From contig QHBZ01000217.1 in NCBI GenBank assembly GCA_003244055.1, positions 8,750-72,749 on the forward strand: a DNA stretch of 64,000 nucleotides, written 5' to 3'. Every line of letters starts with the position of its first letter. Position 1 is the stretch's first letter. Under the pieces are notes generated by a model, which worked only from the letters and a program-made list of their open reading frames with translations, was not told the origin of the DNA and searched no databases. Position numbers and translations under genes: made by a program. This document shows, piece after piece, positions 29,415 to 38,438 of the stretch. Origin of the DNA: Pseudonocardiales bacterium. Its GTDB lineage: Bacteria; Actinomycetota; Actinomycetes; Mycobacteriales; Pseudonocardiaceae.

Positions 29415-29518
29415 CGCCGGCTGCTCGACAACGGCTGGACGCGGCGCGCGGTGCTGGCGGTGGGCGCCGCCAGTGGCGTCCTGCTCGTCGGTCGCGTGTT
29501 GCTGTCGAGTGGGTGAGA
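29415..29518 (+). pseudogene. orphan 3' fragment of a TauE gene (104-bp direct repeat, copy 2)
   Basis: Encodes RRLLDNGWTRRAVLAVGAASGVLLVGRVLLSSG* with no upstream TauE body. Confidence 0.85.
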
Positions 29519-29579
29519 CTAGATTTTCACCGCGGCGGCGCTCACCCGGCACCGGCGCCGCGGGGAAAGGCGGACGCGG

Positions 29580-30356
29580 ATGCGGAATGTTCTGCTCGTT
29601 CTCGCTGTCTTCCTGGCCTGCGCTGTCGAGACGGTAGAGGCGTTGACCATCGTCTTCGCAGTCGGGGTCAGCCGAGGCTGGCGCTCGGCGGTGCAGGGCG
29701 TCGCCGCCGGCCTGCTGGCCCTCGCAGTGATCGTGGCCGCGCTCGGCCCGGCGCTGACCTTCGTCCCGCTGGGCGCGTTGCGCCTTGTCGTTGGTGGTCT
29801 GCTGCTCATCTTCGGTCTCGGTTGGCTGCGCAAGGCGATCCTGCGGGCGTCGGGATTCAAGGCCTTACACGACGAGGACGCCATCTACGCCCGTGAGCTT
29901 GCCGCCGCCCGCGCCGCCGGACGGACTCGCCGCGCCGCCGTCGACGACTGGTACGCGTTCACCCTGTCGTTCAAAGGCGTACTGCTCGAAGGCCTCGAGG
30001 TGGTGTTCATCGTGGTGACCTTCGGCTCCAACCAGGGCAGCATCCCGCTGGCCGTGCTCGGCGCCGGCCTGGCCGTCGTGATCGTCACCGTCGCCGGGAT
30101 CGCCGTGCGCGGTCCGCTGGCCAGGGTGCCGGAGAACACCCTGAAGTTCGCCGTAGGGGTGCTGCTGACGTCCTTCGGCACATTCTGGGGCGCCGAAGGT
30201 GCCGGTGCCCGCTGGCCCGGTGCCGACGCGGCGCTGCTCGGGGTCATCGCGGTCGTCGCGGTCACCGCGCTGGTGTTCGTCGCGGTGCTGCGCCGGGCTC
30301 ATGGCCGCCGGATCCCGGGATCGTCGCCGGTGACCGAACCGGTGGAGGTGCTCTGA
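29580..30356 (+). CDS. integral membrane protein (COG4280-like)
   Basis: 258 aa, about 6 TM, with VETVEALTIVFAV and LEGLEVVFIVVTFG repeats. Confidence 0.75.
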   Translation: MRNVLLVLAVFLACAVETVEALTIVFAVGVSRGWRSAVQGVAAGLLALAVIVAALGPALTFVPLGALRLVVGGLLLIFGLGWLRKAILRASGFKALHDEDAIYARELAAARAAGRTRRAAVDDWYAFTLSFKGVLLEGLEVVFIVVTFGSNQGSIPLAVLGAGLAVVIVTVAGIAVRGPLARVPENTLKFAVGVLLTSFGTFWGAEGAGARWPGADAALLGVIAVVAVTALVFVAVLRRAHGRRIPGSSPVTEPVEVL

Positions 30357-30577
30357 TGAGCACGTTGGGTCGCTGGCTGCGCAGTTTCGGGGCGTTCTGG
30401 TGGGACTTCATCGTCGGGGACGACTGGCGGGTCGCGGCCGGAGTCGTGGCCGCACTCGCCGTCACCGCCGGCCTGGCCGCCCTCCGGGTGCCGGCCTGGT
30501 GGTTTCTGCCGGTGACGGTCCTGGTCCTACTCGGCTTATCGCTGCGGCGCGGCATCCGCCAGGCCGGCAACCGGTAA
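30356..30577 (+). CDS. small two-TM membrane protein, translationally coupled (TGATG)
   Basis: 73 aa: FWWDFIVGDDWRVAAGVVAALAV... Confidence 0.6.
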   Translation: MSTLGRWLRSFGAFWWDFIVGDDWRVAAGVVAALAVTAGLAALRVPAWWFLPVTVLVLLGLSLRRGIRQAGNR

Positions 30578-30599
30578 GCGCCGATGAGCATTCTCAGCG

Positions 30600-31529
30600 C
30601 TAGGTGTCAGGGAAGTCGGGGGTGACCATGACGCGTAGCGCTTCGGATGCGAGCGTGATCCGGGTAGGGGTGTGACCGCGGATCTCGCCGTCGATGTCCA
30701 GAGGTAGCGGCGGGTCGGTGTGCAGCCACAGGTCGTTGACGGCAAGGAAGGCTGGCTCGGTCAGCCCGCGACGCCGGCCGGTAATCGCATGGCGAAACAC
30801 CGCGGTGATGAGTTGGTACCGGTGGGTGCCGCCGAGCGGGTAGACGAGGAGCAGCCGGTCATCAGCGCTGGCGTCGCCGGTGATGGGCTGACCGGCGTGG
30901 AAGCTGCCGTTGGCGATGTTGAGTTGGTGGGTGTCCACGTTGTAGTGCTGGATCCCAACGGTGATTCCGGCATGGAACGGTTGATGGCGAGGCAGCAGCG
31001 TGAGCGCGGTGAGCGGGTAGGCCACCCGACCGAGGAGGCGCTTGAGCAGGGCCGGGACGTGACCGGCGACTTCGGCGGAAACCCCGACGCTGACGAGGTT
31101 GGCGAACGGGATGTCACCGACCTGCCCGAGGTCGACGTCGGCGACCTTCCCATCGGTGAGCACGGTGATCGCCCCGGGCACGGTGAGCGGGATCGCGAGG
31201 GTGCGAGCGAAGTTGTTGGTGGTGCCCAGCGGCAGGATGCCCAGGGCGATGTCACGGTAGGCGAGGTGGCGGACGGCTTCGCTGATGCTGCCGTCACCAC
31301 CGCCCAGGATGAGCAGGTCCGGGTGCAATTCCACCGCGGCGGCGAGGCTGGTGCCCAGCTCGCGGGGTCGGTGGACCGGGAAGGATCCCAACAGGTCGAA
31401 CCCAGCGGCGCTGAGCTGGGCGCGGACGCTGTGGTAGAGCCGGCGCCCCCGTCGAGATCGGGTGTTGACCACCAAGGCGGCGCGTCGATGCCGGCGGATC
31501 GCCGCGTCGAGTTCGGATTTGCTGCGCAT
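30600..31529 (-). CDS. diacylglycerol/lipid kinase family protein (YegS/BmrU-like)
   Basis: LILGGGDGSISEAV and GILPLGTTNNFARTL. Confidence 0.85.
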   Translation of the reverse strand: MRSKSELDAAIRRHRRAALVVNTRSRRGRRLYHSVRAQLSAAGFDLLGSFPVHRPRELGTSLAAAVELHPDLLILGGGDGSISEAVRHLAYRDIALGILPLGTTNNFARTLAIPLTVPGAITVLTDGKVADVDLGQVGDIPFANLVSVGVSAEVAGHVPALLKRLLGRVAYPLTALTLLPRHQPFHAGITVGIQHYNVDTHQLNIANGSFHAGQPITGDASADDRLLLVYPLGGTHRYQLITAVFRHAITGRRRGLTEPAFLAVNDLWLHTDPPLPLDIDGEIRGHTPTRITLASEALRVMVTPDFPDT

Positions 31530-31634
31530 GTCCTCGGTGTGGGCCGTGGCGTGCGGGCCGGGGTCGGCGCGGGACCCCTGCGCGGGATCGTGTCGCTCGT
31601 TCATCGCACCGGGTTCTTATTGAGCCGAGAGCCG

Positions 31635-32368
31635 TTAGCAGTCGTGCCGATCATGGCCGCGGACTCCTCTCAGGGCCCAACGCGGAAACCCCGGAACTGT
31701 TGGCGGGGCTGCGGTCCCCACACCAGTGTGGCCTGAGGTGGCTCGGCGAGGTTCACCTGTACCTCGACCGTCGTCTGTGCTCCACCGTTTACATCGCGGC
31801 CCAGTAGCAGGTCGGTGAGGATGTCGGCGCGGCGAGCGTCCATCCCGCGCGGGTCGTCGGCGTGCATGTCCCGGGCGAGGGCGTCGAGTCTGGCGTAGGC
31901 GGCAGTGGCGTCGTCGGCGCGTAGCAGCGTCCACAGGGCGCCAATGCCGTCGGGTGGGGGTGTAGCTGCACGCGGCGGTCGTTGCGGGCGGCGCGGTGCC
32001 GGCGATCAGCGGCGTCGGGATCGGCGACCAGCACCGCCCGGGATAGGCGACCAGCACCGCCCGGGATAGGGCGGCCCGCAGTTCCCCGACGGTCTGCCGT
32101 GGCGCCTTGGCCAGTACCCGGGCCTGCACGGCGGCGGTGGCCGGTCCATCGAGCACCTCAGTGGCTTCGCTGATCGCGCGGGCCTTGGCCAGGTCAATTG
32201 TCCCGGACTGCAGGGGTTCCCACGCCGCAGCGGTCTCCAGCGCATCATCGGCGTCCAGTCCATCGACGTCCACGCTGGACAGCAGGTCGGTGAGAAGGCC
32301 CGATGGTTGGAACTGCGACCAGGCACACTGGGTAGCAGCCCAGGCGCCAGAGTCGCGATATCGAACAT
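31635..32368 (-). pseudogene. DUF222-family (REP13E12-type) gene remnant; multiple frameshifts and no HNH domain
   Basis: The pieces MFDIATLAPGLLPSV, VDVDGLDADDALETAAAWEPLQSGTIDLAKARAISEAT, LVADPDAADRRHRAARNDRRVQLHPHP and MHADDPRGMDARRADILTDLLLG lie in three frames. Confidence 0.7.
32024..32069. repeat. perfect 23-bp tandem duplication (GGCGACCAGCACCGCCCGGGATA x2)
   Basis: Seen directly. It lies inside the DUF222 remnant, and 23 bp shifts the frame. Confidence 0.95.
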
Positions 32369-32423
32369 GTGTGCGAGTATAGCGGGGGACTCCGACAGAA
32401 GTGGTGCCCGAAATACTGTCCAG

Positions 32424-33206
32424 CTATCGCCAGGCTGGGATCGTCGCATTGGTCGCATTGGGCTTGGTGGCGCGGATGATCGCGGAGTGCATCTCCTCGG
32501 CGACCGGATGTGTGGTGGTGATGGTGACGTCGGTGAAGCCCGCGACGGCCAGGCCATCCCGGTACTCGCGCATGGACAGGGCACCGGCGATGCAGCCGAC
32601 GTAACTTCCCCGCTGTCCGCGCTGGTCGGCGTCGAGGTGGTCCTCGGCTACCACGTCAGACACCCCGAGCCGCCCACCGGGCACCAGGACGCGGAGGATC
32701 TCGGCGAACACCGCGGGCTTGTCCGTCGACAGATTGATCACACAGTTGGAGATGACCACGTCGATGGAGGAGTCCGGGAGCGGGATGGCCTCGATCGTCC
32801 CCCGCAGGAACTCGACGTTGGTGGCCCCGGCCCGCTCCGCGTTGGCACGGGCGAGGTTGAGCATCTCCTCGGTCATGTCCAGCCCGTAGGCCCTTCCGGC
32901 CGGGCCGACCCGGCCGGCGGACAGCAGCACGTCGATCCCACCGCCGGAGCCCAGGTCGAGCACCGTCTCACCGTCGCGCAGTTGGGCGACAGCGAGAGGG
33001 TTGCCGCATCCCAGGCTGGCGGCGACCGCCTCGGCGGGCAGTTCGTCGCGCTCGGCGCCATCGTAGAGGTCGGCGCCGAAGCCCTCGCCGACGTCGATGG
33101 CCGCGCTGGTGCCGTCACAGCAGAACGGCAGTGGGCCGGCCATGGTCGCGGCCGCGGCGTAGCGCTCCCGGACCAGTTCGCGAACGCGATCGCCCTGCTC
33201 AGTCAT
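32424..33206 (-). CDS. arsM: arsenite S-adenosylmethionine methyltransferase
   Basis: The Cys pair in PFCCDG, the SAM motif [12 protein letters not shown], and SNCVINL. Confidence 0.85.
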   Translation of the reverse strand: MTEQGDRVRELVRERYAAAATMAGPLPFCCDGTSAAIDVGEGFGADLYDGAERDELPAEAVAASLGCGNPLAVAQLRDGETVLDLGSGGGIDVLLSAGRVGPAGRAYGLDMTEEMLNLARANAERAGATNVEFLRGTIEAIPLPDSSIDVVISNCVINLSTDKPAVFAEILRVLVPGGRLGVSDVVAEDHLDADQRGQRGSYVGCIAGALSMREYRDGLAVAGFTDVTITTTHPVAEEMHSAIIRATKPNATNATIPAWR

Positions 33207-33282
33207 TACCGACCTCTTCTCTCTTCGATGGTGGTCGAATCAAACCTTGCCAAGCTGAATCGACGTCTGTCAAGGTAGAACT

Positions 33283-33683
33283 GTGCAAGGCCCTGCAACG
33301 CCTCTCGGATGTGCTGGTCCCCAGCGCTACCGATGCTCCGGCGATGGGCGGGTGAGCACCCACAGCGTCAACAACTTCGAGCTGGCCATCGCCATCGCCA
33401 TCGCGACCTTCGGGGTCACCTCCGGGCAGGCCCTGGCCGGCGTGGTCGGCCCGCTGATCGAGGTGCCGTCCTGGTCGCCTAGGTCTACGTCTCGCTAGCG
33501 GACGTGGTGATCACCATGGGCTGTGGTGACGCCTGCCCAGTCTTCCCCGGACGCCGCTACGAGGAATGGCTCCTGGCCGACCCCGCCGGCCTCGACCTCG
33601 CCAACGTGCGACCGATCCGCGACGAGATCGAGCAGCACGTACGCAGACTGCTCGCCGACCTCCTCGTCACGGACCCCACCTGA
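33283..33683 (+). pseudogene. collapsed ACR3 arsenite efflux / LMW-PTP ArsC fusion remnant
   Basis: The ACR3 tail [33 protein letters not shown] has a 1-nt shift and an in-frame TAG (VLVA*VYVSLA). It abuts the ArsC tail DVVITMGCGDACPVFPGRRYEEW...VRPIRDEIEQHVRRLL*. Confidence 0.75.
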
Positions 33684-33732
33684 GCTGGCCTACGCCCGGA
33701 TCACCCGCCAACGGACGAGGCATAGTTGGGTC

Positions 33733-34152
33733 GTGCACTGGTGGCAACTACTGGTCGCTGTCGGCGGTGGGCTTCTCCTGCTCTGGCTGGCGCTGATCAC
33801 GACCCTCTGGATCACCAACCGCAACACCCCCGACCAGGCCACCCTGCGGGACACTCTGCGACTGCTACCTGACGTCATCCGGCTGCTGCGCCGGCTAGCG
33901 ACCGATCCGGCGCTGCCCCGAGGTGTCCGGGTGCGGCTCTGGCTACTGCTGGCTTACCTGCTGTCTCCTATCGACCTGATCCCGGACTTCATTCCCGTCC
34001 TGGGCTACGCCGATGACGCCCTCGTCGTCGCGCTCGTCCTGCGCTCGGTCACCCGCCGCGCCGGTTCGGACGCCCTGGCCAGTCACTGGCCCGGCACGCC
34101 CGCCGGGTTCCGGACCGTCGCCCGCCTCGCCGGCCTGCCCAGTGACCAGTGA
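33733..34152 (+). CDS. YkvA/DUF1232 family membrane protein
   Basis: LLAYLLSPIDLIPDFIPVLGYADDALVVALVL. Confidence 0.7.
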   Translation: MHWWQLLVAVGGGLLLLWLALITTLWITNRNTPDQATLRDTLRLLPDVIRLLRRLATDPALPRGVRVRLWLLLAYLLSPIDLIPDFIPVLGYADDALVVALVLRSVTRRAGSDALASHWPGTPAGFRTVARLAGLPSDQ

Positions 34153-34177
34153 CCACTGACCCGCCCGTGCTGCTCCG

Positions 34178-34477
34178 TCATCTACGATCCCTCTGCCAGG
34201 TCAGCATCTCATTGAGCACATCGAGCGCACTGCCATGCACTCGGCGCTCTACGAGTCCGTCCTCGGGAACGATCAGTGACGATGTCCGCTTACGCCACGC
34301 GAAACAATCGCAACTGAAACCCTCAAGATGCACGAGGTCGACCCAGCCAGGGCTCACTCGGGTTCCCACCAGTGGCCCGTCCTCGCCCGGGCCAGCGTGC
34401 TGGAATTCAAAGCCGCACAGCTTGAGATGGTCGAGCAGTCGCATCGCAGTCATCAGATCATGGTTATCAGTGCGCAT
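34178..34477 (-). CDS. hypothetical protein (99 aa)
   Basis: MRTDNHDLMTAMRLLDHLKLCGFEF...GSALDVLNEMLTW. 11-nt overlap with the upstream ORF. Confidence 0.5.
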   Translation of the reverse strand: MRTDNHDLMTAMRLLDHLKLCGFEFQHAGPGEDGPLVGTRVSPGWVDLVHLEGFSCDCFAWRKRTSSLIVPEDGLVERRVHGSALDVLNEMLTWQRDRR

Positions 34478-34826
34478 CGGATGCCCCGCCCATGCTGGCT
34501 GGCGCGTTGCGCCTGCACGAGTTGCCCGACCCGGCTGCGGCCCTGGGCAACACCTCTGTGGTCTCCGGTTCACCCGACAGGGCCAGGGGGCCCAGTCCCA
34601 ACTCGGCCGCCAAGTAAGACAGCAGGAAGTCCCCGGGATAGAGCAGGTAGAAACCAGTCAAGAGATGAATCCGGCACGGACGGCGCCGACGGCCGAACAC
34701 GGCGGCCGGGGGTCGGCAGGACGGGCAGCGGCCGCGCCGATCGAGCGGGTGCTCCAGCAGCAGGACGTAGAGCGTCGCGCTGGCCTGCGCAACCGTGCGT
34801 ACCGCGCCACGGTCCCCGGATACCAC
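34467..34826 (-). CDS. hypothetical Cys-containing protein; the N-terminus is uncertain or truncated
   Basis: RGRCPSCRPPAAVFGRRRRPCRIHLLTGFYLLYPGDFLLSYLAAELG. The frame is open upstream to ~34896 without an ATG. Confidence 0.45.
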   Translation of the reverse strand: MVSGDRGAVRTVAQASATLYVLLLEHPLDRRGRCPSCRPPAAVFGRRRRPCRIHLLTGFYLLYPGDFLLSYLAAELGLGPLALSGEPETTEVLPRAAAGSGNSCRRNAPASMGGASDAH

Positions 34827-35077
34827 AACATTGATCAGGAATTGCCGCAGCTCCTGGCAGATGAGAGCGATAGCTGGTTTGGCCCACGGTGCTGCTCATG
34901 CCGGGTTGCCTAAGGTGACATGGCAATGTGTGCCTGGAGTATTAGCCGACTGGATACTTGTAGAGTTCATAAAACGCGATCGGCCACCCGGAACAGTGGA
35001 TCGTCGGCCGTGGATCTCCTGACAGCCATGACGGTGTCCTTTCGTGATGTAGGAGACCTCCCGCTGCACGCTGGGCG

Positions 35078-35460
35078 GTGGATGGCGGGACCGGCAACGG
35101 CGGTGGGCACGTCGCCAGTCCCGCCGGCTTAGAGGCGGCTCCACAACCATCGCCAGGTTCACGCACCCAAGTAGAGGCGTGGCGCGACCTGCTATCCGAG
35201 TCGTCGCAGTTGCAGGATGCGGTGCAGGCGAACGAGGCGACCACACGGACGTTGCTCTACTACTCCCCGACGGTGATCCCCGGTCTGCTACAGACCCCTA
35301 CCTATGCGTGGCGCTGATCCAGCGCGCGCCGCCGAGCCGAGGGGCTGAGAGGCGCCCTGGGGTCAGTACGTTGGTGCGGGCCCGCGTGATCAACCGCGGC
35401 CACATGCCGAAGGGTGTCCCACAAGAGTGGACAGGAGCTGGGTCGCCCGGTCCGCCGGGA
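35078..35460 (+). pseudogene. XRE/DUF5753-family regulator remnant
   Basis: LLYYSPTVIPGLLQTPTYA continues as ALIQRAPP... only after a 1-nt shift near 35307. There is no intact HTH upstream, and it is cut by the 3' end of the sortase gene. Confidence 0.55.
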
Positions 35461-35466
35461 TCGGTC

Positions 35467-36141
35467 TTACCCGACGAGGTGGGCGAAGACCACGGTGTTG
35501 TTCAGATACTGGCGAGTCTGACGGTCGAAGCTTCCGCCGCAAGTGATCAAGTGCAGGGCGGCGTAGTTGGTGTCGCCGTAGACGGCCTGTTGCGGAAATG
35601 CGTCTTTGGGGTAGGAGTGAACCGAATCGACTTCGAAGGTGGGCGTTGTGCCGTCGGAGCGCGTCACTTGTATTCGCTGACCAGGCTTGAGCTCGCCCAG
35701 CTTGAAGAACACCGAGGGTCCGTTCTTGGCGGAGTCGATGTGTCCGATGATCACTGATGGCCCGATCTCGCCCGGCGTGGGCGAGTAGCGGTACCAGGCG
35801 GCCTGGTCGTACAGCGGGCCCGGCTGCGGGACTGCCATGGTCTTGTCGGGGTTGAGCCCGACGACATTGACCGGAGAGGTCACGTTGATAGCCGGAATGC
35901 GGATAGAGGAGGGCTCAGCGCGCGGCAACCCAGCAGCTATTCGCGGTGCCAACACCGGCTGCGGTGCCGGAAGCGCCTTGAGTTCTGGAAGGCTCAGCGA
36001 ACCGGTGTCTGCCACTGACGGCTGGGGCGCGACCTGCTGGTGCTCGAGCGCGTAACCGACCATCGATACACCGGCCAGCCCCAGCACGGCGGCCAGTGCC
36101 GCCGCCACCAGTCGCCGTCTACCGAGCCCGCCGCCGGCCAA
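35467..36141 (-). CDS. class F sortase
   Basis: IIGHID (His) and LITCGG (Cys) motifs and an N-terminal TM anchor. TTG start 4 nt after GGAGGA; an alternative GTG is at 36198. Confidence 0.8.
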   Translation of the reverse strand: MAGGGLGRRRLVAAALAAVLGLAGVSMVGYALEHQQVAPQPSVADTGSLSLPELKALPAPQPVLAPRIAAGLPRAEPSSIRIPAINVTSPVNVVGLNPDKTMAVPQPGPLYDQAAWYRYSPTPGEIGPSVIIGHIDSAKNGPSVFFKLGELKPGQRIQVTRSDGTTPTFEVDSVHSYPKDAFPQQAVYGDTNYAALHLITCGGSFDRQTRQYLNNTVVFAHLVG

Positions 36142-36217
36142 CGTTCCTCCATCGTCTTGAGCGGTCGGTGTGTGTCGACCTCGCGGGCCGACACACACCG
36201 ACCAGCAGCGTTGTCGC

Positions 36218-37042
36218 TCAGCGCTCGATAGCTGAGCGTCGACGAGCCGCGTATCCAGCGGCTGCTCCGGCGCCCAGGAGCGCCACGGCGCCGGCCGCGA
36301 GCAGGCCGGTGTCTTCGATGCCGGAGGTGCTGCCACCGCCGGTGCTCACCCCGCCGGAGGGCGTCTGCGACGTCTGGCCAGGGGATGTCTGGCCGGGCAG
36401 CTTCACGACGATCGTCGCAATGCCGACCGTGGTGCCGCCCTTGAGCGCGTCGGTCTTGAACGCGCCGTTGAGCGTCGAGGCCGCAGCGTCAGACAGTTTG
36501 ACCGTCGTGCCCGTCAGCGTCGCGGTCCCGGCGGATGCATTGGTGGTGATCGGCTTGAGGGTGGAGCCGTCAAGGTCGAACAGCGTCGCGCTCGCGGCGG
36601 CCACATTGCCGTTGGCGAGCACCTTGCCGGTCAGCGTCGCTGGCTTGCCCGGGTCGACCACGAAGTTCTCCAGCGTCACCTTGGTGTCGCCCTTGGTCAG
36701 AGTCAGTCCGCTACCCTCGTGCATGATCTTGCCCTGGACGTAGGGGTCGACCTCACCGGGCTTGTACACCGTCACGTGCCCACCAGTGATGGGGAATTTC
36801 GCGACGCCGCCATTGATGGTGGCCGTACCAAACGGACCGGGAGCCACGTTGAGGGACTTCAGCGCGTCCACGAACCCCGAATCCAACGCCACCGAGGTCG
36901 ACACCCCGGTCAGATTGTCAATCGACGCCACCGGTGGTGGGTCAGTCTGGGCTGTCGCCACACCGGAGCCCAACCCAGCGAGAGCCAGGGTGGCCACACC
37001 CACAGCCGCGATTCCCCCAGCCCGTCGTAAAAATCCAACCAT
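36218..37042 (-). CDS. secreted surface protein with a C-terminal cell-wall sorting signal
   Basis: GGAGG RBS and signal peptide MVGFLRRAGGIAAVGVATLALAGLGSGVATAQ. The C-terminus is IEDTG + LLAAGAVALLGAGAAAGYAA + RRRS. Confidence 0.75.
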   Translation of the reverse strand: MVGFLRRAGGIAAVGVATLALAGLGSGVATAQTDPPPVASIDNLTGVSTSVALDSGFVDALKSLNVAPGPFGTATINGGVAKFPITGGHVTVYKPGEVDPYVQGKIMHEGSGLTLTKGDTKVTLENFVVDPGKPATLTGKVLANGNVAAASATLFDLDGSTLKPITTNASAGTATLTGTTVKLSDAAASTLNGAFKTDALKGGTTVGIATIVVKLPGQTSPGQTSQTPSGGVSTGGGSTSGIEDTGLLAAGAVALLGAGAAAGYAARRRSAIER

Positions 37043-37256
37043 TCTTAAGCCTCCATGTCTTGTTACCCGCCCCAAGTGGGTCCCATCTGGTTCGGGGCCC
37101 CCTGCACTACAACCTTCGCGGCCGACCTGCGAACAGTTCGCCGCAAGGTCGAACCTAACGCAGGCATTCAGGCCGTGCAGGTTATGAGCTCCCCCGTAGT
37201 ACGACTGTGACATTGCGAACTGCACCAGCCCGGAAAGCATCGCTTCGTGCGGTAAG

Positions 37257-38438
37257 TCAGTGGTGCCGCAGCAGCGGAACGAACAGCAGCAGAGCCAAGG
37301 CCTGGGTGACTATCGTGAAGGTGATCAGGGCCGGGATGGAGTAGTCGTAGAGGGCGCCCAGGATCGTGCCGCCACCCAGCCAGGCCAGGCCGTAGGCTGC
37401 GGTGAACGTGCCGTAACCGACCCCGCGACGAGCGGCCGGGACCATGTCGGCGACGGCCGCGCGCATGGTGGACTCGTGCACGCCCATCGCCGCCCCCCAC
37501 ACGATGGCGCCCAGGAAGACCAGCACGATTGACGACGAGAACGACAGGAACGGCACCGCGACGGCCAGCACCGGAAGTACCACCAGACCGCGCAGTCCGA
37601 TCCGGTCGTAGATCGCACCGGAAGCCAACGCGGCTAGCGCGTCCACACCCATTGCCACGGCGTAGAGCACCGGGATCAGCGGTTCGGGCACGATCTGGCG
37701 AACCTGCAGGTGGTAGGCGAGCAAGCCCCAGGTGGCGTAGCCGAGCATGGTCATCGCGGTGAACGCGGTGTAGACCCAGAACCGGCGGGAGAAGCGTTGG
37801 CCGTCCGTCGCTGTCGCGCCGTCAGGTGGGGCGTCCTCGTAGGCAGCGGGCACCGGGACCGCGCGACGCAGCCAGGCGAGCAGCGCGACAGCGGCCACCC
37901 CGGGGATGACGAGCACCGCGAACCCGAGCCGGAGCCCAGAAAGCGCCACCATCCCAGCGACCACGAGCGGGCCGAGCACTGCTCCGGATTGGTCCAGGGC
38001 CTCGTGAATGGCGAAGGCCCGGCCGCGACCGGTCTTGCTGCTGGCCTGGGCGAGCATGGTGTCCCGCGCCGGGGTCCGCACGGCCTTGCCGAAGCGTTCC
38101 GCGACGACCAGCACCGCGGCCTGCCACAGCGTCTGGGTGAGTGCGAGCAGCGGGACCGCAACCACGGTCACCACATAGCCGGTGATCGACAATGCCCAGT
38201 GCCTTCCGGTGCGGTCGGAGAGGCGCCCGGTACCCAGCCGCAGCACCAACGCGACCGCCTCGCCCACTCCGGTGACGAACCCGACGACCAGTGCGCTCGC
38301 GCCGAAGTCGGCGAGGAAGGGGCCGACGATCGCGCGGGCACCCTCGTAGACGAAATCGGCCAGGCAACTGACCACGCCGAAGGCCAGCACGAACCGCATC
38401 GGCGACAGCCGGTTGACGGCCGGCCGCCGTTCAGTCAC
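37257..38438 (-). CDS. MFS transporter
   Basis: 393 aa, 12-TM-like, with the loop motif GRLSDRTGRH. GTGA overlap with the upstream fragment. Confidence 0.85.
   Translation of the reverse strand: MTERRPAVNRLSPMRFVLAFGVVSCLADFVYEGARAIVGPFLADFGASALVVGFVTGVGEAVALVLRLGTGRLSDRTGRHWALSITGYVVTVVAVPLLALTQTLWQAAVLVVAERFGKAVRTPARDTMLAQASSKTGRGRAFAIHEALDQSGAVLGPLVVAGMVALSGLRLGFAVLVIPGVAAVALLAWLRRAVPVPAAYEDAPPDGATATDGQRFSRRFWVYTAFTAMTMLGYATWGLLAYHLQVRQIVPEPLIPVLYAVAMGVDALAALASGAIYDRIGLRGLVVLPVLAVAVPFLSFSSSIVLVFLGAIVWGAAMGVHESTMRAAVADMVPAARRGVGYGTFTAAYGLAWLGGGTILGALYDYSIPALITFTIVTQALALLLFVPLLRHH

Noticed and set aside
36361-36400. Short repeat encoding GQTSPGQTSQT in the sortase substrate.
   Set aside because: This is a typical low-complexity linker before a sorting signal and is not an independent feature.
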